A stretch of 64,000 bases of DNA from Vicugna vicugna (taxonomy: Eukaryota). Position 1 is the first letter of the stretch. The number at the start of each line of letters is the position of its first letter. This document shows, piece by piece, positions 1 through 12,386 of the stretch. Made by a program: the position numbers and the translations under genes. Where the stretch lies: NCBI GenBank assembly GCA_013265495.1, contig MU058444.1, positions 1,426,001-1,490,000 on the forward strand, written 5' to 3'. The notes beneath the pieces were generated by a model. That model had not been told where the DNA came from. It saw only the letters and a program-made list of their open reading frames with translations, and did not search any database.

Positions 1-1489
1 ATTATCGTACAGGTACTGAGGGAAGAGAAGCAATCAGAGTAGCAAATGGATGGTTGTATTATCTCTCGGTTTTATTGATTACAGAATGAATGAAGATGGA
101 GTCAGGATGGTATCTTCAAGGAAATAATTATTCTCTTCACACAGGAATCAAGAGGAAACTCCATGAGGCTACAGCTCTAACCTAACACATTTCGCCACAA
201 TTGAAGATGGAGGTTCGAAACTTCCAGATGTGCTCCCCTACCCTTACTTTGTTTGAGCACTGGAGCTGGGGTATTGGATTCACATCTGCCTAAGGACTCA
301 ACTATTTCAAGTCTAGAGTCACAGAGCAGGTAGGCAGGCAAACCAAAGATCCATCCCAAACTCATAAGTTTTGTATTTCAGACCATTCCTTTTGGAAAAC
401 GTGACTTTCAAAATGTTTATTTCTTTAAAAACAGGGTTATTAAAGGAGGCTCTGACATAAAACAGCCCTTCACAGACATGTTGATGTTATAAGGATAAGT
501 GGTTCCAAATATGAGCATTTAGTTTCCCTCCAGATACACAGTTTGAAAAAAACATTCATTTGAGGATTTATCGGAGTCTAAAAGTTGATATCACTCTACG
601 ATGTTAGCCTAAATTCCAGTTTGTTTCTTCCCCTATAAACCTACAGTAATTGCCTGCTTAACCCAAAACACCTGTGATAAAACTTACACACACATTACCT
701 TTTCTTCCTCTGGAAAGTCTCCTGCAGCATCCTTTATGGACTAGTTCACAGAAAACAAGTCAGCACACTGTTTCTCATTCACATATCCTTCTGATCTTTG
801 CTAATTTTCTATCTGTAATTAAATTTGATGCTGGTGCTCTTAAATTATAGTTTCCCTGACTCTCAATTAGACTGGAATTTTATACCCTTTTTAGAAACAG
901 ATGATTTAAAATGTGTAGAATTCTCTCCTGGGTGTACAGACGAAATCATTTTCATATCAGATTTTAAGGAATGTGGGGGAGATAGAATTTTTGTCTACTT
1001 AAACTCCATAGACATTTTAACTCAGTGTAACCCGAAATTAAGCATATTGTCATCTAGCTATGAATTTCAAGGCTTCCATACTTTGATGAAAACTTCGCAG
1101 AGTTTCTAGTTTTACAGTAAAAGCAGAGACCTATTGCCGGACATTTGAAGTGTCACAAATAGAATTTTACAGTCATGCTCAGGATTTTCTTGTTTTTAAG
1201 ATGGTTTAATTTGCCTTACAATCTCAAAAAAAAGAAAAGAAAAGAAAGAAAGAAAACAAGGAAAAGCTGGGATTTTATACTTTCATGGTGATACTGGAAA
1301 CTCCTAGTAATATGGTATCGGTTTTTAAAAAAAGATATTTTTGAACTTCAGAGTGCAAGGTAGACTCTTTGGTGATTTTTCACGGTAATTTTGGGGTTCT
1401 GTTTAATATGCCAGGCTCCTCATGCAATTCCTATTGCTAGATCTTTTCATTCACTTCTTTATACTGATACTTAAAAGAGTAAATTAAGA

Positions 1490-1648
1490 GGGGGGAGGGT
1501 ATAGCTCAGTGGTAGAATGCCTGGTTAGCATGCCCCAGGGCCTGGGTTCAATCCCTATTACCGCCATTAAATAAACAAACCTAATTACTACCCCCCACCC
1601 CTGCCAAAATAAAATAATTAAATAATAAATTTAAAAAAATTTTTAAAT
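1490..1648 (+). mobile_element. tRNA-derived camelid SINE (Vic-1-like), copy A
   Basis: GGGGAGGGTATAGCTCAGTGGTAGA A-box head, GGGTTCAATCCC B-box, AAACCTAATTAC-C-run and AT-rich tail. Confidence 0.85.
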
Positions 1649-1659
1649 AGTAAATTAAG

Positions 1660-1786
1660 AGGTAGGGGCACAGCTCAGTGGTAGAATGTGTGCTTAGCAA
1701 GTACAAGGTCTTGGGTTCAGTCCCCAGTACCTCTATTAAAGTAAATAAATAAACCTAATTACCTCCCCCCCTTTCAAAAAAAAAAC
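1660..1786 (+). mobile_element. tRNA-derived camelid SINE (Vic-1-like), copy B
   Basis: AGCTCAGTGGTAGA, GGGTTCAGTCCCCAG, AAACCTAATTACCTCCCCCC, poly-A, followed by GAGTAAATTAA. Confidence 0.85.
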
Positions 1787-1849
1787 GAGTAAATTAAAAA
1801 TAACCACTTTGTTTTATATTAAATATTAAATTTTTACAATTTTATATTA

Positions 1850-2550
1850 TTAAAAAGTATCCAAAGCAAAAGGAGGGTCACGTGTGATAATACGAGGGAA
1901 TAAGGAAGGATTCTGTGAAAAGACACCTCTGGAGGCGTGACTTCCCCGGAGGGCAACTGGGGACCCCATCCTGACGAGGCGCCGACACCAACCATGGGGT
2001 CGAGCGCTGTTTGCAGATGAGAAATGCGGTCCCAGTTCCTGGTAACACTGCGGCGAAAGAAACCCATTTTCCTCTACGATCTGGGGGCGTGAAGGGGAGA
2101 GATTTTTTTCAAGAGTTTGAATTCTTCCTAACAAGTTTGCAGAAGGGACTGTAAGGCCCTGTACTTGGAGAGAGCCCCGGGGGTCAGACAAGAAATTGGG
2201 ATATTTGGGCAGAAGCATAGACGTGATGGCTCTAGGTGGGACCAGGACCCGGGTGGGGGCGGCGAGGGGGGTGGATTGCAAACAGTTGAGAATTGCAGCC
2301 CCAGAGGCTCCTGGAAGGAGGGCCTGGAGAAAGAAAGGCCGAGAACCATAAAGGAGCAGGGCCAGGGGTTTGTGCCTGGTGGTGGACGCTTTCCAGAACC
2401 CTCAAACGTTTTATTGCACGGAGGGTGGGACTGAGGTGATGGAAAAGGATTAGCCTCCTTCCATGGGACATCGTCTGAAACGCGGAGGCTCCCTGTCTCG
2501 GGCAGGACCGACCCAGCAAACGCTTTTCACTGGGGCCCTACCCTCAGCTG
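1850..2550. mobile_element. GC/CpG-rich segment, probably a hAT-Tip100 (FordPrefect-like) DNA transposon fossil
   Basis: Motifs GGGGTCGAGCGCTGTTTGCAGATGAGAAA, CCCCATCCTGA and GGCGAAAGAAACCCATTTTC resemble my recollection of the FordPrefect internal repeat. No TIR or TSD confirmed. Confidence 0.45.
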
Positions 2551-2834
2551 GTGGAAATACGAATCTCAAACTGAGCATCGTAGTTTACCTTAGCATAAGC
2601 ACTTACTTTTTAATAGCTGTTCTCTTTATATTTATGCCTCTCCCCCGAGGCCCGCCGAACTTTTCAGACATCATCTGTCACATGGCCCGAAAACACTGGT
2701 TAGCAGTGGATCTTACAGGCCTCATTTATTTTAAGAAAGCAGAAACATTCTTTTCACAAAACCATGGGAAGGGTGAATTATTTTTAGTCTTTTTTCCAGT
2801 TATTATATGGGTTTTTTTAAATTAAAAAAAATGT

Positions 2835-2861
2835 ACACACACACACACACACACACACACA
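2835..2861. repeat. (CA)n microsatellite
   Basis: Directly visible. Confidence 0.95.
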
Positions 2862-3779
2862 TATTTCTTTCCTTGAAATCATAGGAGAGTTAAATAAAAC
2901 TATAATGAAACAGTTTCAGCAGAAATCAACCAAAAAGTCTTGAAAAACGATTTCTCTGTGTTCAGATGTCAATGAAGCAAAGCTTTCAGGCATTAAATTC
3001 ATCTGGGTTTGTGTCACAGCAGGGAAGTTAATTTCATACCCTGTAGTTTGAACTTTCATCATTCAGAAAAACATAGTTCATTGAATGTCTGACCTTTCCT
3101 TCCAGTCTGATATGGGAACCTGTGAAATGACCATTAAGCTACTTCAAGAATCTTTAGACTAGTCCAGGACTACCAAAATGGAAGAGAAATAAATCCTACT
3201 GAGGCTTGATAACAAGAAAGAGTGAACGCTGTTTTCCAAAGTACACAGTGAAGAACTGATAGTGACATACTTAATGCCAAAAAAATAGAGTTAAGACATT
3301 TGGGACTTAATTCTTTCCTCTATGTATGAAAGTTGGGTCACAAAACATTCTGCTGTGTAAAAAGCAGCAGAACTTTTCTTCACCAGTTTCTTCTGTCTCT
3401 GGCTTTGGCAAAATGTGAACTGATCTGCACCACATAAGGGACCAGGCACATAAGGCACCTCCAGGAGTCCACGGTGGCCTCCAAAGCAAAAGGATCTTTC
3501 TGAGCTGTCCACATGCAAAATGTTAGTTGGGTTCCCAGAGGGCTTACCCTTTGGTCTGCCTGGGTCAGAAGCACATCTGATCTCGCAGCATAAGTAGACC
3601 TTTCGTGTTTCTATCAGTTGTATTAACCCAGAGAGAAATCTCATGTGAAGACCTCCACACATAAACATAGCTGGTACCCCAAAGTAATAACAAGCAAGTC
3701 TTTCTAAAGGATCGGGGAAGTTGGGAATGGAGCAGGTAAGCCCAGTTCCCACTTTCTGAAGGTAAAAAAGAAGCACCAG

Positions 3780-4408
3780 TTCAGCAGTTCCACTCCTGGG
3801 CATATATCTAGAGGGAACGCTAATTCAGAAATGTACCCCACTGTTTGTAGCAGCAAACAATAGGCAGTACATGGAAAAAACTAACATGTCCATCGATAGA
3901 TGACTGGATAAAGAAGATGTGGTATATATACAATGGAATACTACTCAGCCATAAAAAAGAACAAAATAATGCCACTTGCAGCAACATGGATGGATCTGGA
4001 GATTGTCATTCTAAGTGAAGTCAGCCAGAAAAAGAAAGAAAAATACCATATGACATCACTTACATGTGGAATCTAAAAAAAATGACACAAATGAACTTAT
4101 TTACAAAATAGAAACAGACTCACAGACATAGAAAACAAACTTATGGTTACCAGTGGGGGAAAAGGAGTGGGAAGGGATAAATTGGGAGTTTGAGATTTGC
4201 AGATCCTAACTATTGTATATAAAATAGATATACAACAAGTTTTTACTGTACAGCACAGGGAACTATATTCAATCTCTTATAGTAACCTGTAATAAAAAAG
4301 AATATGAAAAGGAATATATGTATGCGTATGTATGACTGAAACAGGATGCTGTACACCAGAAATTGACATGACATTATAAACCGACTCTACTTCAATAAAA
4401 AGAAAATG
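3780..4408 (+). mobile_element. 5'-truncated LINE-1 (ORF2 C-terminus + 3' UTR) with perfect 15-bp TSD
   Basis: Encodes MEYYSAIKKNKIMPLAATWMDLEIVILSEVSQ..., ends in TTCAATAAAA. TSD AAAAAGAAGCACCAG at 3765-3779 and 4409-4423. Confidence 0.95.
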
Positions 4409-4738
4409 AAAAAGAAGCACCAGCTGCCATCCATTGAAGCTCTCGGTATTTTGGCAATTGTTTACAACATCATCTTCTTTACTCCTCACAATAAAAGCAA
4501 TGGTTGCATTTTGGAAATGAATGCAGTAGGGCTCAGAAAAGGGTCCTGTCTTTAACTCTGCCCTGTCGACCTTAAAGCTGTCCACTCTTCCTATTAGGAT
4601 ACAGAGTTCCCCTTTGTCAGGGACTGTTGAGGGCTGATGCTTCGCTCTTGGGTCTCTGCCCTGCATCTTGAGAAGACTGGAGGAAATCCATCCATCTCAC
4701 GGGTCTGCTGGTGACCCCCAGATCTGTCAATCACACTG

Positions 4739-5469
4739 TGATCCCTGCTGGTTTTGTCAAGTTTAAGGTCAGACTCTCCTCAGTAAGTGGGAAGATAGCT
4801 CAACCCTCCTTCTGACCAGGAAAACACAGGTGGTTCCCCCAGTTTCTGTTCCACTCAAGTTGAAACTTGACCAGTTTGACCGCAGAGAAATGAGTGTGCG
4901 TTGTTAAGGAGCTGGGATATGTCATTTCCCTATCAAAGTATTTTTCCCTCTAATTTCAAGTTTTGATCACCCCTTGTAATACAATAGCTGCTAAATGGCA
5001 CTCCCACAGGTGCCAGGACTGTTTTAAGGCTGGTCATGAAGGGTCAAAGGGTGGCCCAGTTCCCAGGAATCCCAGTCCCTTCCCCAAAGTAGTTGGAATC
5101 ATCCTCCCACTTGTTAGCATATGAAGTCATGCAGCCCATAAAAACTAGCAACACAGCTCCTCATGGCCACTCTCCCTTCTCAGTGTGACAGGCCACACTC
5201 TGTCTCTGGAGTCTGTGTCTAGTTTTACTTTAAACTGAGCACCCAACCCCCACACCTGGTGGCCTTTCTCTTGCTTTCTGCAACAGCCTGCACTCTGTCT
5301 ATAGAGTATGTATCTCTTTGAATAAATCTACCTTTACTCAACTGGGGCTCGCTCTTGAATTTTTTCCCGTGCGAAGCCAAGGACCCACATTTGGCAGGGC
5401 ACGTCCCAGGGACTCAACAGAGACCTGGGACACGGCCATCCTCTCGCCCCACATTTTTGTGCTGTATCA
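4739..5469 (+). mobile_element. ERV1-class solo LTR
   Basis: TG...TGTATCA termini, TATA-like CCCATAAAAA near 5135, AATAAA at 5321-5326, U5-type GCTCGCTCTTGAATT...GCGAAGCCAAGGACCC. 5' boundary uncertain and no clean TSD. Confidence 0.75.
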
Positions 5470-6756
5470 TCTTGGCCAGAGGCTCTCTCTTGCCTACTTA
5501 CGATACAAAACCAGCACTGTCTTTATTTTGTAAGAGGTCTTTAAGAAATGAAGCAATGGGTTTATCTGAAGATGTCAGCAAAAGGTTAGATTCAGAGTGG
5601 AGAGAAAAAGAGGAAAGACAGAGTTAAGTCTGATGAGAAGAAAACGGAGACTCATATTCTTCATGGCCTTAACGCAGTATTACCATGAAAATATTTACCC
5701 CTGGGATCATTAGTCCAAGCAGAGTGAGAGTCTAGAATAGGGAACATAACAAACAAAAAAAACTGGAATATGTTTCTGACGCTGGCATTTGTTTGGCAAG
5801 GTTGGCGCTCCATGCTTACTGTTTTGAATTAGGGAAAATCAAAAACAGAAATACAGATGCAGCCAAATACTTCCATATCCCTTTCCATTAAGGGGAATCT
5901 AAAAAAAAAAAAAGGTAAAATACATCTTTCAGCAGATAATGAAGCAAGACTAACTCCTGTTTGTCTCTGCTTACTTTAAATCATTGATTTCAAAACTCTT
6001 TTTCACGGACGTTTTTGAGTTGTGAGGCTAAAATTTGGATAAGCAAATGATGTTTACCCTGTGGCTCTCATTCAAATATAAACATACCATAAATTAAAGC
6101 AAAGGAAATTGCCTTGAAAACCTAGTTTTAAAACATTGTATAGACGGTGGACACAGTAAAACAGCAAATTCAAGATTTTCAATTTATTACTGAATGTATT
6201 CTCTAGGCACATCTATTTTTAAAGGAAAATTATTTTCTACCAATCCCTATAGAAGTCTAAATTCAGCGATATAGGCCCATTTCCGAGTACCAACCAGAAA
6301 AAATAAAATACAGGTAACAAACATAGATACCATCATCATGATTATCCATTTTCCACTATAGAACTAAAGGATCTGTAATTATATTCAAACCATTGTGTTC
6401 AAAATATGAGGTTTTTAGAAAAGCAGTCATGGCTCCCCCAGTTAAACTCTGCTCACAGGGAAAAAACAAAAAAAGTGAAGCTAAGCATACTGAGAAATTA
6501 AAAATGTGTTTCATTGCCGAAGATTTTTCTTCTCCATTTGGAGGGGGGGGAAATTACCCTAATGTGTTGCTCCCCTAAAACACACTGCAAGGAGTCAAAA
6601 CTTTTTAAGGCTGGAACAATACCAGGTCACCCTCAGCCTTGATGCTGGAAAGGGACAGTGAGATGAAGGAAAGGACTGATTTCATCCTAATTTTTTGCAA
6701 AATAATACATTTTGGAAAATGTGTGCTTGCCCAGCCTCTGGTGAGTTTGCTGTGCC

Positions 6757-6826
6757 CTGATGTAAGCTACGAACTTGAGCACCAACTGACACTGATGTAA
6801 ACTACAAACTTGAGCACCAACTGATA
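6757..6826. repeat. 35-bp tandem duplication (2 copies, 3 mismatches)
   Basis: CTGATGTAAGCTACGAACTTGAGCACCAACTGACA / CTGATGTAAACTACAAACTTGAGCACCAACTGATA. Confidence 0.9.
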
Positions 6827-7369
6827 CTTACAAAGGATGGTGGGAGAGATGGATGTGAGGACCCCATGGTGGGGAGTGGGGATTACAGAGCGTAAGATGG
6901 AGAAGTTGGGGAAACAGGGAAGGAGAACCTGGCAAAATACCTAGTGAGCGACCTAGGGCACTAAGGATGGGGAACGTCCATTATCAGATTCAAAATAAAG
7001 AAATTAAATTTGGCTAAATTTAATTAAACGTTGAAGTCAATCACTGGCAGAGGAAAAGTGACTTTTTCTTCTTTTCAGTCTGTAAATTTATCGAATTAAC
7101 TATCATTATGCAAGGAGCTAAAAGAAATATTGAAGCAGCTAGATTTAAAAAACAAGAAACACGGTAAAAATGCCATTCCTCTTAGTGGGTCAGATCACAA
7201 TTAAATTCCAGACAGAAAATATAAAAACCCAAAGGTAATCGCCAACAGATCCAACATAAGATCGATCTTGTTCCATCATAATCATTAATAGCATTGTTTT
7301 GTTTGGAAATTATAAAAATACATTTATTTTTGTCAGTTTGGAATTTACACAAAACTCGTATAATTTGTG

Positions 7370-7570
7370 AAGGTCACAGTATGTAAGATCTAGCTCTGGA
7401 AACAAATCATTTTTAGATTCATAGGTAAGACTCTTAAGCTTCCTAAGGCTAAGTTTCCTCATGTACGAAATAGGGAAATAGTGAAGATAAAGTAGACATT
7501 CCATTTAAAGAGCTTACCAAATGTCAGGCATTTAGTAAGCACCCAGGAAATATTAGTTTCCATTAGTTAT
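7370..7570 (+). mobile_element. MIR remnant
   Basis: Core-like CTAAGTTTCCTCATGTACGAAATAGGGA and 3'-end-like GTCAGGCATTTAGTAAGCACCCAGGAAATATTAG. Confidence 0.55.
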
Positions 7571-8651
7571 TATCATTTTGATTGACCATCGCAGCAAATG
7601 CAGGGTTATTTTAAATGAACTAAAGATGCATCATGGAAATAAAACCTGAATTAATCATGAAGAACTGAAAAATACAAAATATCAGCATGGAAGGGAAAAA
7701 GAAAAAAGTACCACTAATCAGGGTGTGAAAAAGGATATCTTTGTATAGACAGAAAATAAGTTTTGCTAAGTTGAGTGAGTTTGAAAATACATAACGTATG
7801 GTTTACAAAAATCTTACATGACTAAAAAGAGAATTAATAAGAACTTAGATGGAACAAAGTAGAAATTTAACAGTGCTCTGATATTCATGTTGAGTTATTC
7901 TAACCATGAACGGCATATTGATGCTTTTGCTCATTTTTATGCAGTGGGAAAATGGCAAAAAATCTAAAGCACACAGGAAAGATTTATGTTCTCTGATGTG
8001 CTTTAAGACATTACACAAGCTAGAAAACCCATAGGTCACAGCTTACATGGGTTTGGAAAATTAACAAACACAGTTCTTAAACCCCAAAGGAAATCTATGT
8101 CATATTTATTTTTAGTAAAAATCTAGTCATTTTTACCATAAAGATACAGGAATTCTGCTCAATGGAAACCCTCCCGAGTCATTCACATGAAATGACCAAT
8201 GTCGTCGTTTTGTTTAGCTCTCTTTTAAATATCTCCCCATGGCTTGATTCATTTAAAAAAAAAAAAGTTTTTTAGAAACAAGTACATTGCCATACTTTGA
8301 TTTATGTTTTAATGTTTTTAAAATTCTATAGAACTAGGATAAAAACAGACCACTTTAAAATATTCTGGAAAAATTTAGATTTAAGTTTTATGTTTTGCTA
8401 CGACACTGAAAAACATCGTAGCACTTAAAGAAAATATAATCCTACCAAATGCTGTCATAAGAGCTCTCTAGACACGTTAATAATTATAGATTTCCAACTA
8501 ATAATTACAGATTTTCAATTATAGATGTTCAACTGCGGACTCATCAGATCCCGCAAGTTGATTACATGGGAATTTGCGCCTGGGTATCACCGCTCTCCGT
8601 GCACACACGCGCACACATACACTTACCCCAAAAGAAAGTTCACGGGACGTC

Positions 8652-8765
8652 TTAACGTTTCCTGCTTCCCTTTATCGGTTTTTTGAATTTTAACGTTTCC
8701 TGCTTCCCTTTATCGGTTTTTTGAATTTTAACGTTTCCTGCTTCCCTTCATCGGTTTCTTGAATT
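8652..8765. repeat. 38-bp minisatellite, 3 copies
   Basis: Unit TTAACGTTTCCTGCTTCCCTTTATCGGTTTTTTGAATT. Copies 1 and 2 are identical, copy 3 has two substitutions. Confidence 0.95.
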
Positions 8766-11711
8766 CTGGTTTAAATGGAAGTATCTAATACCAGGTTCCT
8801 AAAGACAATACGTGCCTATCAACTGTACCCTCTGAATGTAATATCTGCATACCCATAGTGCTTACAGTGTAAACGATTATCTGAGCAACCCCCTCGTGCA
8901 GTATAATAACCCCTAAACAAAAGGTCAACGAAACAGTGGATTCTTCTAGTCCCCTACAGCTCATTCCCACACAGTACAATCAATTCCATAGCCATTAACT
9001 CTCATGTCTTTGGTACATTTTCTAATGCCTTCAATCTGCCCTTTTACACATTGATTTAATTTCTGGTCTATGGGAAAAATGCTTAATTTTACTTATTCAC
9101 TGTATTTATTGATGTATTTGAAGAGAATTGTTCTTAACTGTCCTCCCAACTTATTTTTAAATATTCACCCAGAAGTCAAGCACAGATGCTCTAATTATCC
9201 TTGACATTAAACAGTCCATAAAGAACTGCCCCATTTATACTAATATTTACCTAAAACAAATCATAGGAGTATATGTTCCTTTTTCCCTATCACAACATGT
9301 AGCAAGATATGTGATTCTTGCCATTTCTTGGCTGTCAAGACTCATGTATTTATTTATTTGAAACCAATTGTCATCACCATAAATTCAGCAAAAGGGAGCC
9401 ATGTGGTTTCATGAACAAAAGTGACTTAATTGCTTTATAAGATGAAGTTCAGATATGGGAAGAGAATATTATCAAATCTCAAAATGTTTAAGAGATCCTC
9501 TGATAAGTGGACATAATTCAACTTTTTGAACTTAGATAAATAATAATGAGAAACTGTAGTCAAAACAGCAGGACAAAAAGAAAAATATCACCCTTGATCT
9601 CTGAATTTCTTCTGCTACTTATTAGCACTGTGTCAGCTGATACTGAGATTAACCAGCCACATAGATCATCTGACCCTTGACACAGATAAATAGTCCTCTG
9701 ACAACACAGGGGCTTAATTTGGAAATTTTTCCCCTGAGGTAAAAAAGACTGCATTGGGGAATCTAAGGCTAACACAACAAACTTATTTTACCAGATACTT
9801 CCATTTAAAAACAGCAGATTCCAGGACCTCCTAAATTGAAGCAGCTTTTTCATTAAGCATGCTCACATTTAATCAAAGAGTATCAAGTAGTAATCTGCAC
9901 ATATGTTTAATATATAATGACAGGAGGACTTCAGATACTAATGTATTTAAATACTAATGTATTTTTCTAATTAGGAGTATAGATGTTGTAATTCAAACGA
10001 CATCATGGAGTTTTGGAAAAACCTAATGTTTTAATACAGTATATTTAGGAGATGTCACATGATATTGCATTGTATCAGTATGCTAAATTATTCCGCACAT
10101 AACAAGGAACAACAGGAGTAAGCAACACCTCACAGTTGTAGAAAAAAAAAATCCCATTTTTTCTCATTAATGTGGGTGTGGCAGTTGTCAATTTCCAGGA
10201 ACGAACCCCTGAAAATACCAAAAGTTGAAGCGGAGAGAACATGGCAAAACCCTGGGTAATAAACGTTTTAAAATACCCACTTTCAATTTAACTGTACTGA
10301 CAACTAAAATTAAGACCTTTTTTAAAAAAAATTATAGTTATAAAGAGGATTAAATCATCGGTGCTTTAGAAAAATGGAAATTTGGAAAAATGGAATAGAG
10401 AAGACTTTAATGTACCAACAAGTAGAAAACAAAAAGCTATAACTTTGCCCCTTTACAATGTCTAGGAAATATACTGTTAACCAGCATGGGTTCCAGTCTG
10501 AGAAGGAGGCAACAGTTATAATCACAAGGGTCTGTTTCCTTGACCTTTGAGGAGGTCTTCTATGATGTTCTTCCAGCCAATTCCTAAGGTAACTTCAGTT
10601 TTATGATTTTCTTTTTTTCTGGGAAATGTCATTTTATGTAGTGGGGATTTTACGCAATTTTCTCAAAACATTAGCACAACATATACCAGGAGCTGTTGGG
10701 CTCCACTCTTTAACAAAGACTATCACTGTTTTTTTAGCCATGTGTTCCATGAGCATTAAAACACTGCTTGCAAACGTTAAGAAGCCAAGTTGATGTGTAA
10801 AGCTTCCTGATAGGTCCACTGGGCCAAATCTGCACTGAGGCACCTTTGGGTTGAAAATCTTTTCTGATGATAATGTGGACCAGTTTTTCATCAGTTACCC
10901 CTCCTGAGCGACAAGGAGCTTGTTCCCCTTAAACTCATTGAGGCAACTAGTTATCCCCAAAGTAACCATGTTGTGTTTTCCCAAGTGGTCAGACCTTGAG
11001 AAGACTACCATACTAGGTACTAATAATCTGATATGAATCCCTGCCAATATAAGCAATCAATTGATCATGACATATATCTCTGAATATTCATTTCTGTTGG
11101 CTTCATACCCTAGATCGGTGTGTATTTGAAAATTTCCTACCAGTAATCATTTTATTAACCAATGTTATTATACATGCACCTAATAACATAGCTGTCTATC
11201 TGCTAGGCTTCCAACTTAAAGTTTAGGAACATGGATCAGTAATCTTACCTTTCTCCAGTGGACTGTCATTTGTGAATTTATCTAAAAGCCCTGAAAATCA
11301 ACTGTAAAACTTCCAGCAGTAAAAGAATTGATCCTGAGTTAAAGAAGTGCCACATGGAGTAAGTCTGCGAGCATTTTCTCGTCCAGTTCAGCCCAAGGAC
11401 TATTACTCCTGCCCTCCGTGGTCCAGCCACGATTGTCTAGTACAGTCTCACACTGTCCTCATAAGGCAATTACCATTACACTCATTTTATTAATGCTGTG
11501 GCTAAAACATAAAATATTTTATCAGTGCCAAGATTTGACTCTAGCTTTCCTAATGATTTCTTCTTAGAATTTCTATGTCCAGAATGGAATTATCTATTCT
11601 ATTTATCGATCCTCTTTATTTAAATTAAGTATCAAAACTTTGTACTCTAAATTTTCATAGCAATAGCTAATTTCTTTATTTTACATTTAAGCATTAATTA
11701 TAATGAATTTA

Positions 11712-11753
11712 TATTTAAAATTTTTATTGAAGTATAGTTGATTTACAATGTTG
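11712..11753 (-). mobile_element. Ultra-short (42 bp) L1 3'-end insertion with 14-bp TSD
   Basis: TTTTTATTGAAGTATAGTTGATTTACAATGTTG matches the other L1 3' ends in the window. Flanked by TTATAATGAATTTA (11698-11711) and TTATAATGGATTTA (11754-11767). Confidence 0.8.
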
Positions 11754-12346
11754 TTATAATGGATTTAATTTGATAATTTAATACATCTGAAATCTTTTTT
11801 TTTTCCCTCCTTGATTTGGCTACAAAACTTAGTGAAACTTTGAAATCTCTGACTTTAAATCTGAATTCTTACCTTCATACACTTGGAAATTATGCCACAA
11901 CTTTGTTCAAAGAAAAATGGATTTTAGAGTTTTATTAAAAAAAGAAGCTTATAATGTTTCTTGGACACTAAACAATATTCTGACAAAACAGCATTTTGAT
12001 GACTTGAATACAAATGAATCAGAAACATACGGATCGAGTTTTCCTTGATGTGTAAGTGGGTTTGAACAGAAAGGAAAAAGTCATTGGCAAAATTTATTCC
12101 GAGTATTGCCAAAGCTAAAATGTCTGAAAACACAGGGTTTTTAAAGACATCCTAATGATCCCATAATACTATCTTTGTTTTCCATCTCTCAATTATTCTA
12201 TAAACCCAAATTTGAAAAAAAAAAAGAATTAATTTACTTGGAAGGTTTACATAAAGCATCAAACAATGGAAAATTATAGTGTTTGGGGGAGAAAATCCAA
12301 GTCTTAAAAGCTAGATTAAATTGCTATCTGTGTAATAAACCATGTC

Positions 12347-12349
<3 letters not shown>

Positions 12350-12384
<35 letters not shown>
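12350..12384. repeat. (CA)n microsatellite
   Basis: Directly visible. Confidence 0.95.

Positions 12385-12386
<2 letters not shown>

Noticed and set aside
1490..1570. tRNA gene-like sequence (A and B boxes); similar at 1660, 20327 and 45350
   Set aside because: Followed by SINE body, AT/poly-A tail and TSDs, so these are tRNA-derived SINEs rather than tRNA genes.
3291..3803. 170-aa minus-strand ORF as possible BMP5 exon 4
   Set aside because: No similarity to the expected exon 4 peptide (RSINVKSAGLVGR...) and it starts inside an L1. I did not find exon 4 anywhere in the window.
8652..8765. CRISPR-like 38-bp direct repeats
   Set aside because: No spacers, eukaryotic intron context and no cas genes. 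It is a minisatellite.
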